Shown here one piece after another: positions 1 through 13,260 of a DNA stretch of 64,000 nucleotides. The position numbers and the translations under genes were made by a program. How positions within the stretch are numbered: the first letter of the stretch is position 1; each line of letters opens with the position of its first letter. The notes below the pieces were generated by a model, which was given only the letters and a program-made list of their open reading frames with translations, made no database searches and was not told the origin of the DNA. This DNA comes from Eledone cirrhosa. Its lineage: Eukaryota. Where the stretch lies: NCBI GenBank assembly GCA_964016885.1, contig OZ024747.1, positions 76,322,001 through 76,386,000 of the forward strand, written 5' to 3'.

Positions 1-899
1 TAGAATGTATTGACAGTATCTGTAGAATGTATTGACAGTATCTGTGGAATGTATTGACAGTATATGTAGAATGTATTGGTAGTATATGTAGAATGTATTG
101 ACAGTATCTGTAGAATGTATTGACAGTATCTGTAGAATGTATTGACAGTATCTGTAGAATGTATTGACAGTATCTGTGGAATGTATTGACAGTATATGTA
201 GAATGTATTGGTAGTATATGTAGAATGTATTGACAGTATATGTAGAATGTATTGACAGTATCTGTAGAATGTATTGACAGTATCTGTAGAATGTATTGAC
301 AGTATATGTAGAATGTATTGACAGTATATGTAGAATGTATTGGCAGTATATGTAGAATGTATTGACAGTATCTGTAGAATATATTGACAGTATATTTAGA
401 ATGTATTGACAGTATCTGTGGAATGTATTGACAGTATATGTAGAATGTATTGGTAGTATATGTAGAATGTATTGACAGTATCTGTAGAATGTATTGACAG
501 TATCTGTAGGATGCATTGACAGTATCTGTAGAAAGTATTGACAGTATCTGTAGAATGTATTGACTGTATCTGTAGAATGTATTGACAGTATATGTAGAAT
601 GTATAGACAGTATCTGTAGAATGTATTGACAGTATATGTAGAATGTATTGACAGTATCTGTGGAATGTATTGACAGTATATGTAGAATGGATTGGTAGTA
701 TATGTAGAATGTATTGACAGTATCTGTAGAATATATTGACAGTATATTTAGAATGTATTGACAGAATCTGTAGGATGCATTGACAGTATATGTAGAATGT
801 ATTGGTAGTATATGTAGAATGTATTGACAGTATCTGTAGAATGTATTGACAGTATCTGTAGAATGTATTGACAGTATATGTAGAATGTATTGACAGTAT

Positions 900-3800
900 A
901 TGTAGAATGTATTGGCAGTATATGTAGAATGTATTGACAGTATCTGTAGAATGTATTGACAGTATCTGTAGAATGTATTGACAGTATATGTAGAATGTAT
1001 TGACAGTATCTGTAGAATGTATTGGCAGTATCTGTAGAATGTATTGACAGTATCTGTAGAATGTATTGACAGTATCTGTAGAATGTATTGACAGTATCTG
1101 TAGAATGTGTTGACAGTATCTGTAGAATGTATTGACAATATCTGTAGAATGTATTGACAGTATCTGTAGAATGTATTGGCAGTATCTGTAGAATGTATTG
1201 ACAGTATCTGTAGAATGTATTGACAGTATCTGTAGAATGTATTGGCAGTATCTCTAGAATGTATTGACAGTATATGTAGAATGTATTGACAGTATCTGTA
1301 GAAAGTATTGGCAGTATATGTAGAATGTATTGACAGTATCTGTAGAATGTATTGACAGTATATGTAGAATGTATTGACAGTATATGTAGAATGTATTGAC
1401 AGTATCTGTAGAATGTATTGGCAGTATCTGTAGAATGTATTGACAGTATATGTAGAATGTATTGACAGTATCTGTAGAATGTATTGGCAGTATATGTAGA
1501 ATGTATTGACAGTATCTGTAGAATGTATTGGCAGTATATTTAGAATGTATTGACAGTATATGTAGAATGTATTGACAGTAAATGTAGAATGTATTGACAG
1601 TATCTGTAGAATGTATTGGTAGTATATGTAGAAGTTATTGACAGTATCTGTAGAATGTATTGGCAGTATATGTAGAATGTATTGACAGTATCTGTAGAAT
1701 GTATTGACAGTATCTGTAGAATGTATTGACAGTATCTGTGGAATGTATTGACAGTATATGTAGAATATATTGACAGTATCTGTAGAATGTATTGACAGTA
1801 TATGTAGAATGTATTGAGAGTATCTGTAGAATGGATTGACAGTATCTGTAGAATGTATTGGCAGTATATGTAGAATGTATTGACAGTATATGTAGAATAT
1901 ATTGACAGTATATGTAGAATATATTGGCAGTATCTGTAGAATGTATTGACAGTATATGTAGAATGTATTGACAGTATCTGTAGAATGTATTGACAGTATA
2001 TCTAGAATGTATTGACAGTATCTGTAGAATGTATTGACAGTATATGTAGAATGTATTGACAGTATCTGTAGAATGTATTGGCAGTATCTGTAGAATGTGT
2101 TGACAGTATCTGTAGAATGTATTGACAGTATATGTAGAATGTATTGACAGTATATGTAGAATGTATTGACAGTATATGTAGAATGTATTGACAGTATATG
2201 TATAATGTATTGACAGTATATGTAGAATGTATTGACAGTATCTGTAGAATGTATTGGCAGTATATGTAGAATGTATTGACAGTATCTGTAGAATGTATTG
2301 ACAGTATCTGTAGAATTTATTGACAGTATCTGTAGAATGTGTTGACAGTATCTGTAGAATGTATTGACAATATCTGTAGAATGTATTGACAGTATCTGTA
2401 GAATGTGTTGACAGTATCTGTAGAATGTATTGACAATATCTGTAGAATGTATTGGCAGTATCTGTAGAATGTATTGACAGTATCTGTAGAATGTGTTGAC
2501 AGTATATGTAGAATGTATTGACAGTATCTGTAGAATGTATTGACAGTATATGTAGAATGTATTGGCAGTATATGTAGAATGTATTGACAGTATCTGTAGA
2601 ATGTATTGGCAGTATATGTAGAATGTATTGACAGTATCTGTAGAATGTATTGACAGTATCTGTATAATGTATTGACAGTATATATAGAATGTATTGACAG
2701 TATCTGTAGAATGTGTTGACAGTATCTGTAGAATGTATTGACAATATCTGTAGAATGTATTGACAGTATCTGTAGAATGTATTGACAGTATCTGTAGAAT
2801 GTATTGACAGTATCTGTAGAATGTATTGACAGTATCTGTAGAATGTATTGGCAGTATCTGTAGAATGTATTGACAGTATCTGTAGAATGTATTGAAAGTA
2901 TCTGTAGAATGTATTGGCAGTATCTGTAGAATGTATTGACAGTATATGTAGAATGTATTGACAGTATCTGTAGAATGTATTGACAGTATATGTAGAATGT
3001 ATTGACAGTATATGTAGAATGTATTGGCAGTATATGTAGAATGTATTGACAGTATCTGTAGAATATATTGACAGTATATTTAGAATGTATTGACAGTATC
3101 TGTGGAATGTATTGACAGTATATGTAGAATGTATTGGTAGTATATGTAGAATGTATTGACAGTATCTGTAGAATGTATTGACAGTATCTGTAGGATGCAT
3201 TGACAGTATCTGTAGAAAGTATTGACAGTATCTGTAGAATGTATTGACTGTATCTGTAGAATGTATTGACAGTATATGTAGAATGTATTGGCAGTATATG
3301 TAGAATGTATTGACAGTATCTGTAGAATGTATTGACAGTATCTGTAGAATGTATTGACAGTATATGTAGAATGTATTGACAGTATCTGTAGAATGTATTG
3401 GCAGTATCTGTAGAATGTATTGACAGTATCTGTAGAATGTATTGACAGTATCTGTAGAATGTATTGACAGTATCTGTAGAATGTGTTGACAGTATCTGTA
3501 GAATGTATTGACAATATCTGTAGAATGTATTGACAGTATCTGTAGAATGTATTGGCAGTATCTGTAGAATGTATTGACAGTATCTGTAGAATGTATTGGC
3601 AGTATCTCTAGAATGTATTGACAGTATATGTAGAATGTATTGACAGTATCTGTAGAAAGTATTGGCAGTATATGTAGAATGTATTGACAGTATCTGTAGA
3701 ATGTATTGACAGTATATGTAGAATGTATTGACAGTATATGTAGAATGTATTGACAGTATCTGTAGAATGTATTGGCAGTATCTGTAGAATGTATTGACAG

Positions 3801-4790
3801 TATATGTAGAATGTATTGACAGTATCTGTAGAATGTATTGGCAGTATATGTAGAATGTATTGACAGTATCTGTAGAATGTATTGGCAGTATATTTAGAAT
3901 GTATTGACAGTATATGTAGAATGTATTGACAGTAAATGTAGAATGTATTGACAGTATCTGTAGAATGTATTGGTAGTATATGTAGAAGTTATTGACAGTA
4001 TCTGTAGAATGTATTGGCAGTATATGTAGAATGTATTGACAGTATCTGTAGAATGTATTGACAGTATCTGTAGAATGTATTGACAGTATCTGTGGAATGT
4101 ATTGACAGTATATGTAGAATGTATTGACAGTATCTGTAGAATGTATTGACAGTATATGTAGAATGTATTGAGAGTATCTGTAGAATGGATTGACAGTATC
4201 TGTAGAATGTATTGGCAGTATGTAGAATGTATTGACAGTATATGTAGAATATATTGACAGTATATGTAGAATATATTGGCAGTATCTGTAGAATGTATTG
4301 ACAGTATATGTAGAATGTATTGACAGTATCTGTAGAATGTATTGACAGTATATGTAGAATCTATTGACAGTATCTGTAGAATGTATTGACAGTATATGTA
4401 GAATGTATTGACAGTATCTGTAGAATGTATTGGCAGTATCTGTAGAATGTGTTGACAGTATCTGTAGAATGTATTGACAGTATATGTAGAATGTATTGAC
4501 AGTATATGTAGAATGTATTGACAGTATATGTAGAATGTATTGACAGTATATGTATAATGTATTGACAGTATATGTAGAATGTATTGACAGTATCTGTAGA
4601 ATGTATTGGCAGTATATGTAGAATGTATTGACAGTATCTGTAGAATGTATTGACAGTATCTGTAGAATGTATTGACAGTATCTGTAGAATGTGTTGACAG
4701 TATCTGTAGAATGTATTGACAATATCTGTAGAATGTATTGACAGTATCTGTAGAATGTGTTGACAGTATCTGTAGAATGTATTGACAGTA
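900..4790. repeat. Higher-order direct duplication, offset 2,354 bp (107 monomers): ~0.9-2.4 kb recurs at ~3.3-4.8 kb
   Basis: Rare variants recur at a constant offset: AGTAAATG 1,577/3,931, GAAGTTATTG 1,631/3,985, GAGAG 1,816/4,170. After the 2-bp deletion the offset becomes 2,352 (TATAAT 2,201/4,553). Boundaries are approximate. Confidence 0.85.
4203..4222. repeat. 20-bp monomer (2-bp deletion, GGCAGTATATG to GGCAGTATG)
   Basis: Reads TAGAATGTATTGGCAGTATG; downstream phase shifts by -2. Confidence 0.95.
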
Positions 4791-7199
4791 TATGTAGAAT
4801 GTATTGACAGTATATGTAGAATGTATTGACAGTATCTCTAGAATGTATTGGCAGTATCTGTAGAATGTATTGACAGTATATGTAGAATGTATTGACAGTA
4901 TCTGTAGAATGTATTGGCAGTATATGTAGAATGTATTGACAGTATCTGTAGAATGTATTGGCAGTATATTTAGAATGTATTGACAGTATATGTAGAATGT
5001 ATTGACAGTATATGTAGAATGTATTGACAGTATCTGTAGAATGTATTGGCTGTATATGTAGAAGGTATTGACAGTATCTGTAGAATGTATTGACAGTATC
5101 GGTAGAATGCATTGACAGTATCTGTAGGATGCATTGACAGTATCTGTAGAAAGTATTGCCAGTATCTGTAGAATGTATTGACTGTATCTGTAGAATGTAT
5201 TGACAGTGTATGTAGAATGTATTGACAGTATCTGTAGAATGTATTGACAGTATATGTAGAATGTATTGCCAGTATCTGTGGAATGTATTGACAGTATATG
5301 TAGAATGGATTGGTAGTATATGTAGAATGTATTGACAGTATCTGTAGAATATATTGACAGTATATTTAGAATGTATTGACAGTATCTGTAGGATGCATTG
5401 ACAGTATATGTAGAATGTATTGGTAGTATATGTAGAATGTATTGACAGTATCTGTAGAATGTATTGACAGTATCTGTAGAATGTATTGACAGTATATGTA
5501 GAATGTATTGACAGTATATGTAGAATGTATTGGCAGTATATGTAGAATGTATTGACAATATCTGTAGAATGTGTTGACAGTATCTGTAGAATGTATTGAC
5601 AGTATATGTAGAATGTATTGACAGTATCTGTAGAATGTATTGGCAGTATCTGTAGAATGTATTGACAGTATCTGTAGAATGTATTGACAGTATCTGTAGA
5701 ATGCATTGACAGTATCTGTAGAATGTGTTGACAGTATCTGTAGAATGTATTGACATTATCTGTAGAATGTATTGACAGTATCTGTAGAATGTATTGGCAG
5801 TATCTGTAGAATGTATTGACAGTATCTGTAGAATGTATTGACAGTATCTGTAGAATGTATTGGCAGTATCCGTAGAATGTATTGACAGTATATGTAGAAT
5901 GTATTGACAGTATCTGTAGAAAGTATTGGCAGTATATGTAGAATGTATTGACAGTATCTGTAGAATGTATTGACAGTATATGTAGAATGTATTGACAGTA
6001 TATGTAGAATGTATTGACAGTATCTGTATAATGTATTGACAGTATCTGTAGAATGTATTGGCAGTATATGTAGAATGTATTGACAGTATCTGTAGAATGT
6101 ATTGACAGTATCTGTAGAATGTATTGACAGTATCTGTGGAATGTATTGACAGTATATGTAGAATGTATTGGTAGTATATGTAGAATGTATTGACAGTATA
6201 TGTAGAATGTATTGACAGTATCTGTAGAATGTATTGACAGTATCTGTAGAATGTATTGACAGTATATGTAGAATGTATTGACAGTATATGTAGAATGTAT
6301 TGGCAGTATATGTAGAATGTATTGACAGTATCTGTAGAATATATTGACAGTATATTTAGAATCTATTGACAGTATCTATAGGATGCATTGACAGTATCTG
6401 TAGAATGTATTGACAGTATCTGTAGAATGTATTGACAGTATCTGTGGAATGTATTGACAGTATATGTAGAATGTATTGGTAGTATATGTAGAATGTATTG
6501 ACAGTATCTGTAGAATGTATTGACAGTATCTGTAGGATGCATTGACAGTATCTGTAGAATGTATTGACAGTATATGTAGAATGTATTGACAGTATCTGTA
6601 GAATGTATTGACTGTATCTGTAGAATGTATTGACAGTATATGTAGAATGTATTGACAGTATCTGTAGAATGTATTGACAGTATATGTAGAATGTATTGAC
6701 AGTATATGTAGAATGTATTGACAGTATATGTAGAATGTATTGGCAGTAAATGTAGAATGTATTGACTGTATCTGTAGAATGTATTGACAGTATATGTAGA
6801 ATGTATTGACAGTATCTGTAGAATGTATTGACAGTATATGTAGAATGTATTGACAATATCTGTGGAATGTATTGACAGTATATGTAGAATGGATTGGTAG
6901 TATATGTAGAATGTATTGACAGTATCTGTAGAATATATTGACAGTATATTTAGAATGTATTGACAGTATCTGTAGGATGCATTGACAGTATATGTAGAAT
7001 GTATTGGTAGTATATGTAGAATGTATTGACAGTATCTGTAGAATGTATTGACAGTATCTGTAGAATGTATTGACAGTATATGTAGAATGTATTGACAGTA
7101 TCTGTAGAATATATTGACAGTATATTTAGAATGTATTGACAGTATCTGTAGGATGCATTGACAGTATATGTAGAATATATTGACAGTATATGTAGAATG

Positions 7200-10100
7200 T
7201 ATTGACAGTATCTGTAGAATGTATTGACAGTATATGTAGAATGTATTGACAGTATATGTAGAATGTATTGGCAGTATATGTAGAATGTATTGACAGTATA
7301 TGTAGAATATATTGACAGTATATGTAGAATGTATTGACAGTATCTGTAGAATGTATTGACAGTATCTGTAGAATGTATTGACAGTATATGTAGAATGTAT
7401 TGACAGTATATGTAGAATGTATTGGCAGTATATGTAGAATGTATTGACAGTATCTGTAGAATATATTGACAGTATATTTAGAATGTATTGACAGTATCTG
7501 TAGGATGCATTGACAGTATCTGTAGATTGTATTGACAGTATCTGTAGGATGCATTGACAATATCTGTAGAATGTATTGACAGTATATGTAGAATGTATTG
7601 ACAGTATCTGTAGGATGCATTGACAGTATATGTAGAATGTATTGACAGTATATGTAGAATGTATTGGTAGTATATGGAGAATGTATTGACAGTATATGTA
7701 GAATGTATTGACAGTATCTGTAGAAAGTATTGACAGTATCTGTAGAATGTATTGACAGTATATGTAGAATGTATTGACAGTATCTGTAGAATGTATTGAC
7801 AGTATCTGCGGAATGTATTGACAGTATATGTAGAATGTATTGGTAGTATATGTAGAATGTATTGACAGTATATGTAGAATGTATTGTCAGTATCTGTAGA
7901 ATGTATTGACAGTATCTGTAGAATGTATTGACAGTATATGTAGAATGTATTGGCAGTATCTGTAGAATGTATTGACAGTATCTGTAGAATGTATTGCCAG
8001 TATATGTAGAATGTATTGACAGTATATTTAGAATGTATTGACAGTATATGTAGAATGTATTGACAGTATATGTAGAATGTATTGGTAGTATATGTAGAAT
8101 GTATTGACAGTATATGTAGAATGTATTGACAGTATCTGTAGAATGTATTGGCAGTATATGTAGAATGTATTGACAGTATATGTAGAATGTATTGACAGTA
8201 GCTGTAGAATGTATTGACAGTATCTGTAGAATGTATTGGCAGTATCTCTAGAATGTATTGACAGTATCTGTAGAAAGTATTGACAGTATCTGTAGAATGT
8301 ATTGACAGTATATGTAGAATGTATTGACAGTATCTGTAGAATTTATTGGCAGTATATGTAGAATGTATTGACAGTATCTGTAGAATGTATTGACAGTATC
8401 TGTAGAATGTATTGACAGTATCTGTAGAATGTATTGGCAGTATCTGTAGAATGTATTTACAGTATCTGTAGAATGTGTTGACAGTATCTGTAGAATGTAT
8501 TGACAGTATATGTAGAATGTATTGACAGTATATGTAGAATGTATTGACAGTATCTGTAGAATGTATTGGCAGTATCTGTAGAATGTATTGACAGTTTCTG
8601 TAGAATGTATTGGCAGTATCTGTAGAATGTGTTGACAGTATCTGTAGAATGTGTTGACAGTATCTGTAGAATGTATTGACAGTATATGTAGAATGTATTG
8701 ACAGTATCTGTAGAATGTGTTGACAGTATCTGTAGAATGTATTGACAGTATCTGTAGAATGTGTTGACAGTATCTGTAGAATGTATTGACAGTATCTGTA
8801 GAATGTGTTGACCGTATCTGTAGAATGTATTGACAGTGTATGTAGAAGGTATTGACAGTATCTGTGGAATGTATTGAAAATATCTATAGAATGTATTGGC
8901 AGTATATGTAGAAGGTATTGACAGTATCTGTAGAATGTATTGACAGTATCTGTAGAATGTGTTGAGAGTATCTGTAGAATGTATTGACAGTATCTGTAGA
9001 ATGTATTGACAGTATCTGTAGAATGTATTGGCAGTATCTGTAGAATGTATTGGCAGTATCTGTAGAATGTATTGACAGTATCTGTAGAATGTATTGGCAG
9101 TATCTGTAGAATATATTGACAGTATCTGTAGAATGTATTGACAATATCTATAGAATGTAATGGCAGTATATGTAGAAGGTATTGACAGTATCTGTGGAAT
9201 GTATTGACAGTATATGTAGAATGTATTGACAGTATCTCTAGAATGTATTGACAGTATCTGTAGAATGTATTGGCAATATCTATAGAATGTATTGACAGTA
9301 TCTGTAGAATGTATTGACAGTATCTGAAGAATGTATTGACAGTATCTGTAGAATGTGTTGACAGTATCTGTAGAATGTATTGACAATATCTGTAGAATGT
9401 ATTGACAGTATCTGTAGAATGTATTGAGAGTATCTGAAGAATGTATTGACAGTATATGTAGAAGGTATTGACAGTATCTGTGGAATGTATTGACAGTATA
9501 TGTAGAATGTATTGGTAGTATATGTAGAATGTATTGACAGTATATGTAGAATATATTGACAGTATATGTATAATGTATTGACAGTATCTGTAGAATGTAT
9601 TGACAGTATATGTAGAATGTATTAACAGTATCTGTAGAATATATTGACAGTATATTTAGAATGTATTGACAGTATCTGTAGGATGCATTGACAGTATCTG
9701 TAGAATGTATTGACAGTATCTGTAGGATGCATTGACAGTATATGTAGAATGTATTGACAGTATATGTAGAATGTATTGGTAGTATATGTAGAATGTATTG
9801 ACAGTATATGTAGAATGAATTGACAGTATCTGTAGAAAGTATTGACAGTATCTGTAGAATGTATTAACAGTATATGTAGAATGTATTGACAGTATCTGTA
9901 GAATGTATTGACAGTATCTGTGGAATGTATTGACAGTATCTGTGGAATGTATTGACAGTATATGTAGAATGTATTGGCAGTATATGTAGAATGTATTGGC
10001 AGTTTATGTAGAATGTATTGACAGTATCTGTAGAATGTATTGACAGTATCTGTAGAATGTATTGACAGTATCTGTGGAATGTATTGACAGTATATGTAGA

Positions 10101-13100
10101 ATGTATTGGTAGTATATGTAGAATGTATTGACAGTATCTGTAGAATGTATTGACAGTATCTGTAGGATGCATTGACAGTATCTGTAGAATGTATTGACAG
10201 TATATGTAGAATGTATTGACAGTATCTGTAGAATGTATTGACTGTATCTGTAGAATGTATTGACAGTATATGTAGAATGTATTGACAGTATCTGTAGAAT
10301 GTATTGACAGTATATGTAGAATGTATTGACAGTATATGTAGAATGTATTGACAGTATATGTAGAGAGTATTGGCAGTATATGTAGAATGTATTGACTGTA
10401 TCTGTAGAATGTATTGACAGTATATGTAGAATGTATTGACAGTATCTGTAGAATGTATTAACAGTATATGTAGAATGTATTGACAATATCTGTGGAATGT
10501 ATTGACAGTATATGTAGAATGGATTGGTAGTATATGTAGAATGTATTGACAGTATCTGTAGAATATATTGACAGTATATTTAGAATGTATTGACAGTATA
10601 TGTGGAATGTATTGACAGTATCTGTGGAATGTATTGACAGTATATGTAGAATGTATTGGCAGTATATGTAGAATGTATTGGCAGTTTATGTAGAATGTAT
10701 TGACAGTATCTGTAGAATGTATTGACAGTATCTGTAGAATGTATTGACAGTATCTGTAGAATGTATTGACAGTATATGTAGAATGTATTGACAGTATATG
10801 TAGAATGTATTGGCAGTATATGTAGGATGTATTGACAGTATATGTAGAATATATTGACAGTATATGTAGAATGTATTGACAGTATCTGTAGAATGTATTG
10901 ACAGTATCTGTAGAATGTATTGACAGTATATGTAGAATGTATTGACAGTATATGTAGAATGTATTGGCAGTATATGTAGAATGTATTGACAGTATCTGTA
11001 GAATATATTGACAGTATATTTAGAATGTATTGACAGTATCTGTAGGATGCATTGACAGTATCTGTAGATTGTATTGACAGTATCTGTAGGATGCATTGAC
11101 AATATCTGTAGAATGTATTGACAGTATCTGTAGAATGTATTGACAGTATCTGTAGGATGCATTGTCAGTATATGTAGAATGTATTGACAGTATATGTAGA
11201 ATGTATTGGTAGTATATGGAGAATGTATTGACAGTATATGTAGAATGTATTGACAGTATCTGTAGAAAGTATTGACAGTATCTGTAGAATGTATTGACAG
11301 TATATGTAGAATGTATTGACAGTATCTGTAGAATGTATTGACAGTATCTGTGGAATGTATTGACAGTATATGTAGAATGTATTGGTAGTATATGTAGAAT
11401 GTATTGACAGTATATGTAGAATGTATTGTCAGTATCTGTAGAATGTATTGACAGTATCTGTAGAATGTATTGACAGTATATGTAGAATGTATTGGCAGTA
11501 TCTGTAGAATGTATTGACAGTATCTGTAGAATGTATTGCCAGTATATGTAGAATGTATTGACAGTATATTTAGAATGTATTGACAGTATATGTAGAATGT
11601 ATTGACAGTATATGTAGAATGTATTGGTAGTATATGTAGAATGTATTGACAGTATATGTAGAATGTATTGACAGTATCTGTAGAATGTATTGGCAGTATA
11701 TGTAGAATGTATTGACAGTATATGTAGAATGTATTGACAGTAGCTGTAGAATGTATTGACAGTATCTGTAGAATGTATTGGCAGTATCTCTAGAATGTAT
11801 TGACAGTATCTGTAGAAAGTATTGACAGTATCTGTAGAATGTATTGACAGTATATGTAGAATGTATTGACAGTATCTGTAGAATTTATTGGCAGTATATG
11901 TAGAATGTATTGACAGTATCTGTAGAATGTATTGACAGTATCTGTAGAATGTATTGACAGTATCTGTAGAATGTATTGGCAGTATCTGTAGAATGTATTT
12001 ACAGTATCTGTAGAATGTGTTGACAGTATCTGTAGAATGTATTGACAGTATATGTAGAATGTATTGACAGTATATGTAGAATGTATTGACAGTATCTGTA
12101 GAATGTATTGGCAGTATCTGTAGAATGTATTGACAGTTTCTGTAGAATGTATTGGCAGTATCTGTAGAATGTGTTGACAGTATCTGTAGAATGTGTTGAC
12201 AGTATCTGTAGAATGTATTGACAGTATATGTAGAATGTATTGACAGTATCTGTAGAATGTGTTGACAGTATCTGTAGAATGTATTGACAGTATCTGTAGA
12301 ATGTGTTGACAGTATCTGTAGAATGTATTGACAGTATCTGTAGAATGTGTTGACCGTATCTGTAGAATGTATTGACAGTGTATGTAGAAGGTATTGACAG
12401 TATCTGTGGAATGTATTGAAAATATCTATAGAATGTATTGGCAGTATATGTAGAAGGTATTGACAGTATCTGTAGAATGTATTGACAGTATCTGTAGAAT
12501 GTGTTGAGAGTATCTGTAGAATGTATTGACAGTATCTGTAGAATGTATTGACAGTATCTGTAGAATGTATTGGCAGTATCTGTAGAATGTATTGACAGTA
12601 TCTGTAGAATGTATTGACAGTATCTGTAGAATGTATTGGCAGTATCTGTAGAATGTATTGACAGTATCTGTAGAATGTATTGACAATATCTATAGAATGT
12701 AATGGCAGTATATGTAGAAGGTATTGACAGTATCTGTGGAATGTATTGACAGTATATGTAGAATGTATTGACAGTATCTCTAGAATGTATTGACAGTATC
12801 TGTAGAATGTATTGACAATATCTGTAGAATGTATTGACAGTATCTGTAGAATGTATTGACAGTATCTGAAGAATGTATTGACAGTATCTGTAGAATGTGT
12901 TGACAGTATCTGTAGAATGTATTGACAATATCTGTAGAATGTATTGACACTATCTGTAGAATGTATTGAGAGTATCTGAAGAATGTATTGACAGTATATG
13001 TAGAAGGTATTGACAGTATCTGTGGAATGTATTGACAGTATATGTAGAATGTATTGGTAGTATATGTAGAATGTATTGACAGTATATGTAGAATATATTG

Positions 13101-13260
13101 ACAGTATATGTATAATGTATTGACAGTATCTGTAGAATGTATTGACAGTATATGTAGAATGTATTAACAGTATCTGTAGAATATATTGACAGTATATTTA
13201 GAATGTATTGACAGTATCTGTAGGATGCATTGACAGTATCTGTAGAATGTATTGACAGTA
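7200..13260. repeat. Higher-order direct duplication, offset 3,542 bp (161 monomers): ~7.2-9.7 kb recurs at ~10.75-13.25 kb
   Basis: Near-identical ORF-track entries 8457..9386 and 11999..12928. GAAAATATCTATAG at 8,876/12,418. TAGATTG, TATGGAGAAT and GTAGCTG variants are shared at the same offset. Confidence 0.85.

Noticed and set aside
10-28. Sigma-70 promoter in each unit (perfect TTGACA plus TAGAAT, occasionally TATAAT)
   Set aside because: The spacing between the hexamers is 7 or 29 bp, not 16-18 bp. There is no correctly placed extended -10 TGn and no downstream gene.
20-38. LexA/SOS box (CTGT...ACAG)
   Set aside because: The spacer is 11 nt (AGAATGTATTG) rather than the 8 nt of CTGT-N8-ACAG.
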